A stretch of 64,000 nt of DNA from a virus (taxonomy: Duplodnaviria; Caudoviricetes): positions 1,641 through 65,640 of the IMG/VR virus record IMGVR_UViG_3300020452_000320; one strand, given 5' to 3'. Position 1 is the stretch's first letter; the number at the start of each line of letters is the position of its first letter. Both the position numbers and the translations under genes were made by a program. This document shows positions 1-10,519 of this stretch, one piece after another. The notes beneath the pieces are model-generated. The model was not told the DNA's origin. It did no database searches and worked only from the letters and a program-made list of their open reading frames with translations.

Positions 1-75
1 TGTTCTGACAACATCATTAGTTGGGTATTCAACTACATTCCAACCAGTACCATTTTCTTGTATAAAATATTCCAC
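1..75 (-). CDS. N-terminal part of a small hypothetical protein (runs off the window)
   Basis: GTG at 73-75, 4 nt after the gp41 stop; open to the window edge (MEYFIQENGTGWNVVEYPTNDVVRT). Confidence 0.55.
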   Translation of the reverse strand, partial: MEYFIQENGTGWNVVEYPTNDVVRT

Positions 76-79
76 TTTT

Positions 80-1483
80 CTATACCTTGATGTCTGTGAA
101 TTTGTCATAGGTCTTACTCTTCCCAAGACCCAATCCGAAAGTTTTGTTATCAGAGTTCTCTTGTCCACTGTCTACTATATCCTTTTGTGCTTCTTGTTCA
201 CAATCATATAATTTCATTCTGGCTCTGTCTATACCAAGAATGAATCTTTTATTCATACTAGGATCATTATATCTATTCTTCAATTGTTTCACCATTATTT
301 GATTTAAATCTTCTAGTTCCTCTGTAGAAATGAGTGCAAACATAAGGTCAGCCGTAGCAGGCAAACCAAAACTTTCTGATGTATCTTCCAACCCAATGTC
401 GCTTGACGAAAATCCACTTCTAGTAGTTTGTGTCGCTGACATAATAGGAACAATATTTTCAACTGCAAGGCCCCTAAGTTCTTCTGCAATCGCTTTGATA
501 TAAAAGTAAGAACCAACATTTGCGTTTCCCTTAAATCTTGATGATGCACATATATTCAAATAATCAATAAAAATAATATCTGGTTTAAATGACTTCTTGA
601 GTGCAAGTTCTTTTATCAAACTACGAAAGTGTCCAGTATGGGCAGACGCAGTTGGATATTCTTTGATAATTAACTTTCCATTGGTCTTTTTTTGTATTTT
701 TGAAAGACGATCAGTAAACATTTTCTTAGGTAATTCATGCAATTCATCCATAGTTATATTCATTAGATTCGCATCAATTCTTTCTGCAATACGTTCTTCT
801 GCCATCTCCATTGTTATGTACAAAACATTTTTACCTTGCATAAGTGTAGACGCAGCCATGTGACACATGAACAACGATTTACCCACACCAGTTCCAGCAA
901 GTGCAATGTTTAGTGTTTTTTGTGGTAGTCCACCCTTAGTTATTTTGTTAAAATAATCAAGGTCAAACTCCATCCTTTCCTCTTTTTTATGGTAGAACTC
1001 AAATCGTTCTTTACCATTTTCGACATAATCATGTCCTACATTTTGGTCAAATGCAACTGCAAGTGCTTCTGTTAGAATACTTGGAATTGCTTCAGCAGTA
1101 TGTTGTTTATCTTTTCCATCAATGATTTGTATACCACTAATGATTGCATTATATACTGCCTTGTCTTTACAAAACTTTTCTGTCGTATCAACTAGCCATT
1201 GCATATCAACATCATGTTTGTTTAGAGTTTCTATAATCTCTAATACTTTATTAAACTGTTCTTGGTTTAAATCTTTTCTATTATCTAATTCAATTGATAG
1301 TGTTTGTTTAGTAGGAAGATTACCATACTTTTCTATAAACTTATTTATCTCTTCAAATATAACACGATCATGCATATCAGAGTAATACTCTGGTTTTAGA
1401 AATGGTAAAACCTTACGTGCATAAGGTTCATTAGATATTAAGTTTGATAATGTTGTTCGTTCAATGTTTTGTTGAATTGACAT
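80..1483 (-). CDS. gp41: Replicative DnaB-like helicase (T4 gp41)
   Basis: Walker A ALAGTGVGKS, IFIDYLNI, SATQTTRSG, SESFGLPATAD, KQLKNRY; T4 synteny. Confidence 0.97.
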   Translation of the reverse strand: MSIQQNIERTTLSNLISNEPYARKVLPFLKPEYYSDMHDRVIFEEINKFIEKYGNLPTKQTLSIELDNRKDLNQEQFNKVLEIIETLNKHDVDMQWLVDTTEKFCKDKAVYNAIISGIQIIDGKDKQHTAEAIPSILTEALAVAFDQNVGHDYVENGKERFEFYHKKEERMEFDLDYFNKITKGGLPQKTLNIALAGTGVGKSLFMCHMAASTLMQGKNVLYITMEMAEERIAERIDANLMNITMDELHELPKKMFTDRLSKIQKKTNGKLIIKEYPTASAHTGHFRSLIKELALKKSFKPDIIFIDYLNICASSRFKGNANVGSYFYIKAIAEELRGLAVENIVPIMSATQTTRSGFSSSDIGLEDTSESFGLPATADLMFALISTEELEDLNQIMVKQLKNRYNDPSMNKRFILGIDRARMKLYDCEQEAQKDIVDSGQENSDNKTFGLGLGKSKTYDKFTDIKV

Positions 1484-1802
1484 ATTGTAAGCTGTTATCC
1501 TCTAGTTGTTTTTCCATGATATCTATAAGTACATCACCAATTAGATTTTTAAATTCTAAATCTTCTTGTAATTCTTTTCCAGATATATCTTTTGAATATA
1601 TCAGATCATAATGAAATGTCAAGGGCATTTCACCCTTATCAGTTTCTTTCTTTGCGAATTTTACCTTACCATATTTGTATATGATATCTTTATACTTACC
1701 AGTTGATTCTAAAAGTTGTATGCCTTGCCATTTATTATTCTCTTCTTCACTGGCTACAAACTTATAACATCTTGATATATCAAGTCTGCTCAGAACTACC
1801 AT
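1461..1802 (-). CDS. Hypothetical protein, possibly T4 gp40-like (start uncertain)
   Basis: Small acidic ORF between uvsX and gp41, the position of gp40 in T4. Confidence 0.5.
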   Translation of the reverse strand: MVVLSRLDISRCYKFVASEEENNKWQGIQLLESTGKYKDIIYKYGKVKFAKKETDKGEMPLTFHYDLIYSKDISGKELQEDLEFKNLIGDVLIDIMEKQLEDNSLQYVNSTKH

Positions 1803-2832
1803 CTACAACTTCCTCAGCTTTATTTCCATACTTAAATTCTTTTGTTGCACACTCGTCTAACTGTTTCATAATATCTTCAGTAAAGAACCTAGTAGGATCA
1901 TTATTTATTGTCTTACCAAATGTTTTTGAACCATCTGGTAATTCTATTCTTGTAGAAACAGATTTAAATATACCATACTTGAGTGCAAGGTCAAGTAATC
2001 CATAGTGTCTATCTAAACCTTTGGTATAGGTTAATCTTACATCAACCATTTTGTTTTCTACTGTAAGTCTTGATTTTGCATTTTTACAATGCACGATACT
2101 ACCTATGACTTCAGTTCCATCTTTCTCTTTCTTCTTTGAAAGATATACAATAGATGAAGCTGCATACTTTAGTCCAGAACCACCACCCATTTCTTTTGTA
2201 GGAAACATAGAACCAACAACATCATAAGTATGATTAGTAACAACCATTGGTACTTTTGCACGACCAAGTTTCAAAGTTAATACACGAAATGCGGCTTTGA
2301 GAACTTGTGCTCGTGTCATATCTCTAGTTTCTTTTCCATCAGCAGTATCTTCTACTTCTTTCGTAGTAGATAACATACCAAGTGAATCTAAACATAACAT
2401 AATAGGTTTTCTATCTGATTCACCTTGTTCTAATAACTTATCTAGTACACGAATAGCTTGTGTTCTAAATTCTTGTACAGTTGTTACAGGAACAATTACC
2501 ATTCTGTTTGGATCAATACCTCTATCAATTACCATCTGTTTTGTAATTGCAGATTCTGATTCAAAGTATAAAACACCAGCTTCTGGATTTGCATCTAGAA
2601 AACTTTTGACCATACCCATGACAAAAAATGTTTTACCTGTTGCACTTTCACCAGCGATTGCAGTTATCTTGTTACTTGGTAATCCACCATAGATACTACC
2701 AGACAATAATGCATTAAAGATATAAGAACCAGAGTCAATAAATGAATCTACATCCCCTGCTTCTACACCATCTGAAACTAAAGCTGCATACTCATTACCA
2801 GTTGTTTTTACAATCTCTTTTAAAAAATCCAT
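1780..2832 (-). CDS. uvsX: RecA-like recombinase UvsX
   Basis: [10 protein letters not shown]-loop, [28 protein letters not shown]. Confidence 0.96.
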   Translation of the reverse strand: MDFLKEIVKTTGNEYAALVSDGVEAGDVDSFIDSGSYIFNALLSGSIYGGLPSNKITAIAGESATGKTFFVMGMVKSFLDANPEAGVLYFESESAITKQMVIDRGIDPNRMVIVPVTTVQEFRTQAIRVLDKLLEQGESDRKPIMLCLDSLGMLSTTKEVEDTADGKETRDMTRAQVLKAAFRVLTLKLGRAKVPMVVTNHTYDVVGSMFPTKEMGGGSGLKYAASSIVYLSKKKEKDGTEVIGSIVHCKNAKSRLTVENKMVDVRLTYTKGLDRHYGLLDLALKYGIFKSVSTRIELPDGSKTFGKTINNDPTRFFTEDIMKQLDECATKEFKYGNKAEEVVDGSSEQT

Positions 2833-3249
2833 TTATATATCGTCCTTACGTCTATTTTCAGATCTAAACATTGAGAAACCGCCAGGATATCTAGACTCAA
2901 GTTTCGCAGTATTAATATCTATTAATTCTTCAATAGTTGTATCTAAAGCCAAACACCCTTGTGCTACATACCACATGATATCACCAAGTTCAGACCTAAG
3001 ATGTTTAACTACATCATCATCTATTTCTTTACCTTGAAATACTACCTTCTTTACTATATCACTAAATTCACCACTTTCACCAGACAAACCTACACTTGCA
3101 GTTAAAAGTCTTGCTGGATTAACTCCTTGTTCTTCAATCCTATCAATTTCGTCTATAAAGTTTTTAGGACTTTTTGAAGCTTGACTCGTTACCTCATTAA
3201 CGAACTCTTCATAATCTGTTAATAAATCACCTTCCATTAGAATCTCCAA
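2833..3249 (-). CDS. mazG: MazG-like nucleoside triphosphate pyrophosphohydrolase
   Basis: GLSGESGEFSDIVKK and ELGDIMWYVAQ motifs; N-x-x-KL-x-x-RYP tail. Confidence 0.88.
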   Translation of the reverse strand: MEILMEGDLLTDYEEFVNEVTSQASKSPKNFIDEIDRIEEQGVNPARLLTASVGLSGESGEFSDIVKKVVFQGKEIDDDVVKHLRSELGDIMWYVAQGCLALDTTIEELIDINTAKLESRYPGGFSMFRSENRRKDDI

Positions 3250-4402
3250 ATATTGTATTATGGGTTTTGTTTACTTTAACAAATGTTGTACACTTTGTCA
3301 AGTGTTTTATTTGTTTTGCACCAACATAAGTACAAGTAGATCTCAATCCACCAAGTATATGTTGTATGGTATCTTTAATAGGGCCTTTGTAAGGTATCAT
3401 AACTTCTTTACCTTCACTTGCACGATAATCTTTTAACCCACCAAAATGTTTATCATTTGCAATCGTAGAACTCATTCCATAAAAATGAATCATTTGTCTT
3501 TTTTCAGTTTTTCTATGTGCTTCTTGACCTTCAACAAATAAAGGTGAACTCTTTTCGCCATTACCTTTTACTTGACTAGTAATATGTTCTGTAGAAATTA
3601 TTTCTCCACCACCTTCATCATGTCCAGCTAACATACCCCCTAACATAACAAAATCTGCACCACCACCAAATGCTTTTGCAATATCACCACTTGTAGTACA
3701 ACCACCATCTGCAATTATCTGACCACCTAACCCATGAGCGGCATCTGCACATTCTATAATTGCAGATAGTTGTGGATAACCAATTCCAGTATGAACTCTT
3801 GTTGTACAAACAGAACCAGGCCCTATACCAACCTTTATTATATCTGCACCATTTAATACTAGTTCTTGTGTCATATCGGCAGTTACAACATTACCAGCAA
3901 TAATGACTAGTTCTGGATGATTAACTCTTATATTATATATAAAGTTACTAAACATTTCTGTGTAACCATTTGCAACATCAACACACAAATATTTTATTTT
4001 ACCATCAGTAAGTTCATAAACATCTCTGAACTTTAGATATTCTTCTTCAGTTGCACCAATACACATTGCAACGTGTTCGGTTCTCATTGGATATATATCA
4101 AATGCATCTTGTCCTAATACATCTGCATCAAAATATTCAACTAATTCATTTGTATTATATGTTTTAACCAAACAACTAAACATTCTTTCTGAAGCTAAAA
4201 TATCTGCAATCTCCATAGTACCTACACCATCCATATTAGATGCAATGATAGGTATTCCATAAAAACGTCTATCATGTCCTTTAGCATTTCTAAAGTCCAT
4301 AGATCTGAATAAATTTACTTCTTTTCTTGATTTAAGAGTTGATCTTTTTGGTCTGATTAATACATCAGAAAAATCTAGTTTGGTATCTTCTTCTATAATC
4401 AT
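3227..4402 (-). CDS. guaC: GMP reductase
   Basis: KLDFSDVLIRPKRSTL N-terminus, DVANGY, KVGIGPGSVCTTR, ADGGC, YRASEGK, ILGGLRSTCTYVGA. Confidence 0.93.
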   Translation of the reverse strand: MIIEEDTKLDFSDVLIRPKRSTLKSRKEVNLFRSMDFRNAKGHDRRFYGIPIIASNMDGVGTMEIADILASERMFSCLVKTYNTNELVEYFDADVLGQDAFDIYPMRTEHVAMCIGATEEEYLKFRDVYELTDGKIKYLCVDVANGYTEMFSNFIYNIRVNHPELVIIAGNVVTADMTQELVLNGADIIKVGIGPGSVCTTRVHTGIGYPQLSAIIECADAAHGLGGQIIADGGCTTSGDIAKAFGGGADFVMLGGMLAGHDEGGGEIISTEHITSQVKGNGEKSSPLFVEGQEAHRKTEKRQMIHFYGMSSTIANDKHFGGLKDYRASEGKEVMIPYKGPIKDTIQHILGGLRSTCTYVGAKQIKHLTKCTTFVKVNKTHNTIFGDSNGR

Positions 4403-4404
4403 TT

Positions 4405-5811
4405 TTACCTCATATTGTATATGTAATATTCTTTTTTATTAATTACAGTAGTATATATACCATCTATAGTTCTAAGATAATTTCTATATCTGCTAAACTC
4501 TATTTGTTTACCCCAACCAAGCCAATCTCTTATTTGTTTAGTGGAAACTTGTTTGTTCTTTTTTACATAATTTACTATGTCATTTTTTCTTTCACCTTCT
4601 TTGATAATTTTACAATTATCAAGTTGTTCTTGTAACATATTATTAAATGGTTTAATTCTATTATTCCAACTATGAACTTTTGAACAATGGTCTAAAGCAA
4701 ATTGTGATTGTTTATTTCTAAAATCATTGTCATCTAACATTTTATTTAACAAATCTAACGATTGTGAAAAATCAGAAAAACCTATTTCCATTTTGTCACC
4801 AAATAGTTCACTTGTTTCTTTTCCTATTTCAAATACATAAGGAACACCATTACATAAACCATCTTGTGATGACATAGCCCAACGAGTTCCAGCATGAAAA
4901 CCAACTCTACATTCAGAAAGTTTTTTCATATATTCATCTCTACTATCTGGGCCTTCAGTATCAAAATATGATTTATAATCTTCACCCAATTCGTGATTTA
5001 AATGTTTAAATGCATTTGCAGTTAACATAGAACAAAAAACTTTAAAGTCTTGTCTTTGAGATCTTAATTTTTTAATTACCTTTAAAAAAGGTTTCCAACC
5101 TCTATAATCATTTGGTCTATGATTAAATACTATTATTTTATCAGTATTAGTGTTTACTGTTTTAGATATTCTATCATCTTCTATACCAAGATATAAAGGT
5201 ATCATAATATTTTTGAGTTTGTCAATTGTTTTTTGAGAGTAATGTTCTTCTGCTTCTTCTAATATTGCATCAATTTGTGTTTGTGTATTTAATCCACATT
5301 TTTTTACTTGTAACATTCCAGTAATATTATTATGATACATTGAAGTAGTAAGGCCAGGATTAAATTCTTTGGATTCAATCCAGTGAGAATAACAAACTAT
5401 AGGAATATCTGTTCCATATAAATTAACTATATGGTTTCTAATATTTGATGCTTGTTCTGGTAGATGTGTCCATATTATATCTACTTCTGTTTTTCTAGTA
5501 TCTAAAAATTGATTCCATGTAAAAACATCATAGTGACAACGCATAGTATTTGGAAAACTTGGTATCTTTATAATATGTTGTTGTGTATTTTCAAAATCTA
5601 ATCTTTTTGTATAACTAGTTATTGGAATATGAAAAAATAAATCATCTCTTATTTTATTTAAAGATTTAATTACATTTTCCATAACCAATACATAAGAATC
5701 TTTATCTAAATTAGAAGCACACGTTACATTTGGTGCAACTAATATTTGATATATAGATTTACTCACTTTTGATAAATCAACATCATCATCTAAAAATTGT
5801 TGTAAACTCAA
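4405..5811 (-). CDS. GT-B (GT4-like) glycosyltransferase with a possible C-terminal HTH
   Basis: IVFNHRP...RGWKPFLKVIKKL, SRDEYMKKL, WAMSSQDGLCNGVP donor-binding-like motif, terminal SWNNRI; TTG start. Confidence 0.7.
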   Translation of the reverse strand: MSLQQFLDDDVDLSKVSKSIYQILVAPNVTCASNLDKDSYVLVMENVIKSLNKIRDDLFFHIPITSYTKRLDFENTQQHIIKIPSFPNTMRCHYDVFTWNQFLDTRKTEVDIIWTHLPEQASNIRNHIVNLYGTDIPIVCYSHWIESKEFNPGLTTSMYHNNITGMLQVKKCGLNTQTQIDAILEEAEEHYSQKTIDKLKNIMIPLYLGIEDDRISKTVNTNTDKIIVFNHRPNDYRGWKPFLKVIKKLRSQRQDFKVFCSMLTANAFKHLNHELGEDYKSYFDTEGPDSRDEYMKKLSECRVGFHAGTRWAMSSQDGLCNGVPYVFEIGKETSELFGDKMEIGFSDFSQSLDLLNKMLDDNDFRNKQSQFALDHCSKVHSWNNRIKPFNNMLQEQLDNCKIIKEGERKNDIVNYVKKNKQVSTKQIRDWLGWGKQIEFSRYRNYLRTIDGIYTTVINKKEYYIYNMR

Positions 5812-5814
5812 TTT

Positions 5815-6927
5815 CTACCTCACAATGTCAATTTTATTCATAGTATCTTTGTTCCAAACCTCAAGTTCTTTACGAACTCTACCATCTGCAACAATATTAT
5901 TATATCGTTTAGTTGCAAGTTTTTTCCACCATGTAATTACATTTTCAAGTTCAAACCTATCATAATTTTCTGCTTTTGTTAAGGTATTTGTTTTACCAAG
6001 TAATACATCTCTTGCATTTTCATATCCATATGTTGACATATAAAATCTTTTATTGGTTGTAACATCACTTGCCTTTGCAATTTCATTAGAAAAAAGTTCA
6101 AAGGCTTTAGTGTCATGTTCTTTAAGTGAAGATTTAATTATACCGACCATTTTAGTTTGCATCTTTAACTTTCTACTAGATGCACCTTTATGTATAAGTT
6201 CTTCACCACCATTCTTTTCAGTAAACCAATCTTTTAGTTCTGGATATATTTCTTCACCAAGTGTTAGTAAAAACTTGGACTCAGTATCACCCTTGTATCT
6301 TAAATACGGACGCATACCATCATACATAGATGTACCCTTGATATTACCATATAAAGATGTAGTTTCAAACAAACAAAACTCTGTATCATATTTGTTATTC
6401 AACATTCTACGAGTTGCATGGGAACAACAAATAGCTGCAAGTAGTTTACCACCCAAACAATTAAAACCAAATGGTTGTACAGGAACAATATTAAATCCCA
6501 TAATTGCACGTTTGTTAAATATGTCAAGATCTGGAACACCACCAAGATAATCATTTCTTGGTTTAGAATTTATAAGAGGTGAACCATAACGAATAAATCC
6601 AGCTACAGTATTTGTATTTGTTTCCTTAACAACTACCTTTAATGTTTTGCCAGGATTTTCGTCTGGACTAAATGATGCAGTTTTTTCAAGTAAAGTATCA
6701 AATAACTTTGTAGGTATTTGTACCACTTCAAAATTCATATCTTCTGGATGCATATCAAAGTTTTGAAATAAGTCATCTTCCAAAGCCATGCCTGGTAATG
6801 GTGATGGTATATCTTTTACTCTTTCAATCTTTCTTGCACGAAAATAATCATCAATACGATTGAAGTCTTTGAAATAATTCATCAACTTTTGTGCTACATA
6901 AATTGCATCTTTACGTTCTAATATCAA
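5815..6927 (-). CDS. DUF4338/DruA-like protein (possible GNAT/Mom-like fold)
   Basis: VPVQPFGFNCLGGKLLAAICCSH...FETTSLYG...SMYDG resembles the DruA/DUF4338 core; overlaps the gp43 stop. Confidence 0.65.
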   Translation of the reverse strand: MILERKDAIYVAQKLMNYFKDFNRIDDYFRARKIERVKDIPSPLPGMALEDDLFQNFDMHPEDMNFEVVQIPTKLFDTLLEKTASFSPDENPGKTLKVVVKETNTNTVAGFIRYGSPLINSKPRNDYLGGVPDLDIFNKRAIMGFNIVPVQPFGFNCLGGKLLAAICCSHATRRMLNNKYDTEFCLFETTSLYGNIKGTSMYDGMRPYLRYKGDTESKFLLTLGEEIYPELKDWFTEKNGGEELIHKGASSRKLKMQTKMVGIIKSSLKEHDTKAFELFSNEIAKASDVTTNKRFYMSTYGYENARDVLLGKTNTLTKAENYDRFELENVITWWKKLATKRYNNIVADGRVRKELEVWNKDTMNKIDIVR

Positions 6928-9437
6928 CTAAAGAAATCCTCAAGTGTGGTTTGCTTTCCATAAGAACGATCAATGTTCCAACCAATCTGATCCATAATAA
7001 AAGTCAGAGGTTCAACAAAGGCCTTCTCATACTGCATATCATAATCTAAATATTTGTGAATGTCAAGTTCTTTTGGTAATTTTGTAAAAAAAGATATAAC
7101 ATTAGATGACATAGGATTTGGTGTTCTTATGTTTATAAATTTAATCTTATCACCTTCTTGTATTAGAGGATATTTGTTTGTAAGTTTCTTTTGTCGTAGG
7201 AAGTGATTATATAATATTGCCCCTTTAGCATGGATTGGACAGCCCTTTTTAAATATTGCATGACCACTACTCCATTTACTCAAACCATTTACTGATCTTG
7301 GAAATGCAATCTCTTCTGGTGGAAGTTTCATAAACTCTTCACGAAACTCTTGAATAAAATCGTTTACATCTTTTTCAGTTCCACTCATAATAATCTTAAC
7401 TGCTTCTCTCATCTTCTCACGACAAGGTGCAGGCGTAGATGACTTGACCATCTCCTGGCCCATAACTTTAAGTTGTGGTTCTTGATAACGAACACCCTCA
7501 ACATCCCATGCGTTTAGAATATATCTTTTCTTTGCTGTCCAGATACCCTTGTCTGCAATCACTTCTCTTTTCATTTGCATCTTTTGGTCATATGCATTTA
7601 CATAATCTGCAAGTTCTTGATAGGACTTTTCAATAAATGGTTCTATCTTTTCACTTGCAATCTTGTCTAGAAAGTTTACAATCCTCTGTGTATCACTACA
7701 GCCTTTGAATACATGATTTACGATCTCATCAAATCTGATATAAACAGAATCTGTATCTGATGCAATTACATAATCTTTATCTTTTGTTTTGAGAACATTA
7801 TTGATGTACTCGTTTAGTTTTCTTTCGATCCATCTGATACTCAATTGACCAGAAGTTGTAATACCCTCTGCAATCATAAGTTCATAGTATCTAAACCATT
7901 CGTTACCAATCGCACCATAAGCAGAGTTTAGAGAAATCTTACGAGCCATCTGAATATTATTGAACCTAGATATATCTTTTAGATACTTTGGATCTTTTGT
8001 ATCTTCATACTTTTGTTTTGCATCTAACATTTTCTTTTTGTAGATAGTACGATCATTATACATATCTTGCATCATCTTTGCAAGAAACCCTTGTTTATCT
8101 TTTCTGAACATTGCACCATTTGGAGTCAATGCATAGTTAGTTCCTTTGAAAGAATCCAAACCAGTTTTCTTTTTAACTAAATCATCAATAGGAGTTTTAC
8201 CTAGATTGACAGTTTTGTTCACTAGTGTTTCTGGTGATATATTATACTGCATAATTAGATGTGGGTACAAACTGTTTAGGTCAAAAGATAATACCCATTT
8301 ATGTTGTCCTACTTGAGGCTCTTTCACATATGCACCAATATACTTTTCAGACTTATTCTTTGTTGATGTTTTCTGTGGTATAACAATATTACTCTTACGT
8401 AAATGATTGTATATAAGAATATCCCAATACTTAACAGAGGTAAATGAATCAGACATATTAACTTTAGCCTCATATGTCATAGTCAATATAAGATCAATCA
8501 ATTTCATCTTATCATCAATACGATCAACAAGTTCAACGTCTTGAATATTATAGTCTAAGAATGATTGATAATCTTTTGTATACCAATCACGAAATGTTTC
8601 GTATGGGTTTTCATCTTTACGTTCACCTAGTTCAACAAATGCAATATGATCTAGTCTGTATGACTCTTGTGCAGAATAAGTAAACTTACGATATAGTTGT
8701 AAATAATCTATCTCTTCAACACCAACAATATCATACACTTGATCTTTCTTACCAAAACCACTATTGACTAATCTGGAACTCACAATACCCCAAGGCGAAA
8801 GTTTACGAACTGCATCTTCACCAAGTATAGTATTAATACGATTACATATATATGGAATATCAAAAAACTCTGTGTTCCAACCAGTAATTATATCTGGATA
8901 GTCATGTTCCCACCAATTCAAAAATTGTGTAAGAAGTTCTCTTTCGTTTTGACAACGAATATACTTTACATCTTTTCTGTCATTATGATACTCATGTAAA
9001 CCCCAAACAATAATCTTGCCAGTATCATGTTTCTTTATAGTAATAGACAACATTGGTTCTGCAGCTTGATCTGCATTTGGGAATCCATTCTCACACTCAA
9101 CCTCAATATCAATCGTTACAATTCTAAGTAGAGATGTATCGTACTGTATTTGATTAGGATATGTTTCGGATATGTATGAATATGGAAACTGTGTCATACC
9201 ACAAACTAAATGTGGTTGACTTTCATACAGCTGTACAAATTCTTTTGCTTCTTTGATTGTAAGAAACTTCATTGGATTGACATTACGACCATCCAATGTT
9301 TTCCAATTAGTTTCTTTTGTTACAGGAACAAATAGTGTAGGTTCATACTTTACTTTGAAGTTTGAACGAACACCATTCTCAACTGCACGAACTAGTAGAT
9401 TGTTACCCCATTGAGCAACATGAGTATAAAATTTCAT
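6924..9437 (-). CDS. gp43: Family B DNA polymerase (T4 gp43)
   Basis: DIEVE exonuclease motif, SFDLNSLYPH, KISLNSAYG, ASDTDSVY, KKRYILN. Confidence 0.98.
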   Translation of the reverse strand: MKFYTHVAQWGNNLLVRAVENGVRSNFKVKYEPTLFVPVTKETNWKTLDGRNVNPMKFLTIKEAKEFVQLYESQPHLVCGMTQFPYSYISETYPNQIQYDTSLLRIVTIDIEVECENGFPNADQAAEPMLSITIKKHDTGKIIVWGLHEYHNDRKDVKYIRCQNERELLTQFLNWWEHDYPDIITGWNTEFFDIPYICNRINTILGEDAVRKLSPWGIVSSRLVNSGFGKKDQVYDIVGVEEIDYLQLYRKFTYSAQESYRLDHIAFVELGERKDENPYETFRDWYTKDYQSFLDYNIQDVELVDRIDDKMKLIDLILTMTYEAKVNMSDSFTSVKYWDILIYNHLRKSNIVIPQKTSTKNKSEKYIGAYVKEPQVGQHKWVLSFDLNSLYPHLIMQYNISPETLVNKTVNLGKTPIDDLVKKKTGLDSFKGTNYALTPNGAMFRKDKQGFLAKMMQDMYNDRTIYKKKMLDAKQKYEDTKDPKYLKDISRFNNIQMARKISLNSAYGAIGNEWFRYYELMIAEGITTSGQLSIRWIERKLNEYINNVLKTKDKDYVIASDTDSVYIRFDEIVNHVFKGCSDTQRIVNFLDKIASEKIEPFIEKSYQELADYVNAYDQKMQMKREVIADKGIWTAKKRYILNAWDVEGVRYQEPQLKVMGQEMVKSSTPAPCREKMREAVKIIMSGTEKDVNDFIQEFREEFMKLPPEEIAFPRSVNGLSKWSSGHAIFKKGCPIHAKGAILYNHFLRQKKLTNKYPLIQEGDKIKFINIRTPNPMSSNVISFFTKLPKELDIHKYLDYDMQYEKAFVEPLTFIMDQIGWNIDRSYGKQTTLEDFFS

Positions 9438-9443
9438 AATATA

Positions 9444-9472
9444 GTTATATCACTTTTTAGTGTAATTGTCAA
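9444..9472 (-). promoter_or_regulatory. Sigma70-type promoter for gp43
   Basis: TTGACA-17 nt-TATAAC, ending 6 nt before the gp43 ATG. Confidence 0.7.
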
Positions 9473-9720
9473 TCCATATCTTCAAATAAATTTTGTTGTG
9501 TAGATTCATCTACAAAATACTTATCTAACATTTCTATTTGATCATGGTATCTTGCAACTACATCAAGTTCTTTTTCTATCTCTTCAAGAACATCTGCATT
9601 TCCCTCACCACCAATTCCAGCTGCATTTCTAAAGTAGACTTCAACATTCATAGCGTGTTTTGCTATATGACCTTTTGCATGGTCTTTCATAGCTTTAATC
9701 ATCTTATCTCTAAATTTCAT
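9469..9720 (-). CDS. Hypothetical protein
   Basis: 83-aa ORF with AGGAG RBS between regA and gp43. Confidence 0.75.
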   Translation of the reverse strand: MKFRDKMIKAMKDHAKGHIAKHAMNVEVYFRNAAGIGGEGNADVLEEIEKELDVVARYHDQIEMLDKYFVDESTQQNLFEDMD

Positions 9721-9728
9721 AACGACTC

Positions 9729-10133
9729 CTAATCTAGTTTTTTCTTCCCTATATTATACTTTGTTTCCAATGTCCATTCATGTTTTTCTTTAAAAGAAAT
9801 AACTTTGATTTGTGACAATGGTGCTTTTGGTTCACTATCACCAATTATTTCAACCAAACCCCAATCACTTAAAAGAGATGCAATAGAGTTTCGTCTAGAT
9901 ACATCATTCTCTGAAATGTTTGTACCTTTACCATCAAGTGCAAATAGTTCTTTAAAATGCACTATAAAATATCTACCTTGTTTGTGAAGTATATGACATG
10001 ATTGATATAGTTTTCTCTCTTTACGAGATGCAACACCAATCCTAGATAATGTTTCACGAACCTTTAGAAAGTCATCTGGTTCTTTTAGTTTTACTTCTAG
10101 CATCTTATCTTGATGCCATTCAATATTGTTCAT
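9729..10133 (-). CDS. regA: Translational repressor RegA
   Basis: DDFLKVRETLSRIGVAS, LYQSCHILHKQGRYFIVHFKELFALDG. Confidence 0.96.
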   Translation of the reverse strand: MNNIEWHQDKMLEVKLKEPDDFLKVRETLSRIGVASRKERKLYQSCHILHKQGRYFIVHFKELFALDGKGTNISENDVSRRNSIASLLSDWGLVEIIGDSEPKAPLSQIKVISFKEKHEWTLETKYNIGKKKLD

Positions 10134-10519
10134 TTTCTTCCACCTTTACTCAAACTATTCTTGATAGTTTTTATCTGGTCATTACTAAGTATCTGAAGAG
10201 CAACTTTAGCCTTTTCATTACTATAACCATAATATTCTTTTATAAACTCCAAGTCTTTTATTTTACTACCTCGTACCCAAGGCGCAAACCTATTTTTAGG
10301 TCTAATAGTATTTAGTAAAAAATCATATTGTAGTTTATTTTCAAGGTGATGACGCATATTGATTTCATTCACAAACATAATTGTATCATTAAAGGGTGCA
10401 ATACACTTATTAATGATATAAGGTGAATACTTCTTTTCCCACATAGGATCATCTGAATCCATCAGATTTTCCTTTGTTTGATTAATACTTTTTAGATACT
10501 CTTTAAGTTCATAACTCAT
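10130..10519 (-). CDS. gp62: Clamp loader small subunit (T4 gp62)
   Basis: YSPYIINKC, QYDFLLNTIRPKNRF, IKEYYGYSNEKAKVALQIL; synteny. Confidence 0.9.
   Translation of the reverse strand: MSYELKEYLKSINQTKENLMDSDDPMWEKKYSPYIINKCIAPFNDTIMFVNEINMRHHLENKLQYDFLLNTIRPKNRFAPWVRGSKIKDLEFIKEYYGYSNEKAKVALQILSNDQIKTIKNSLSKGGRK

Noticed and set aside
5815-6927. Complete Druantia defence system
   Set aside because: Only a DruA-like gene is present, with no DruE helicase or other dru genes
9451-9464. NrdR box in the gp43 promoter spacer (ACACTAAAAAGTGA)
   Set aside because: Half-site spacing is too short for the NrdR consensus and there is only one copy
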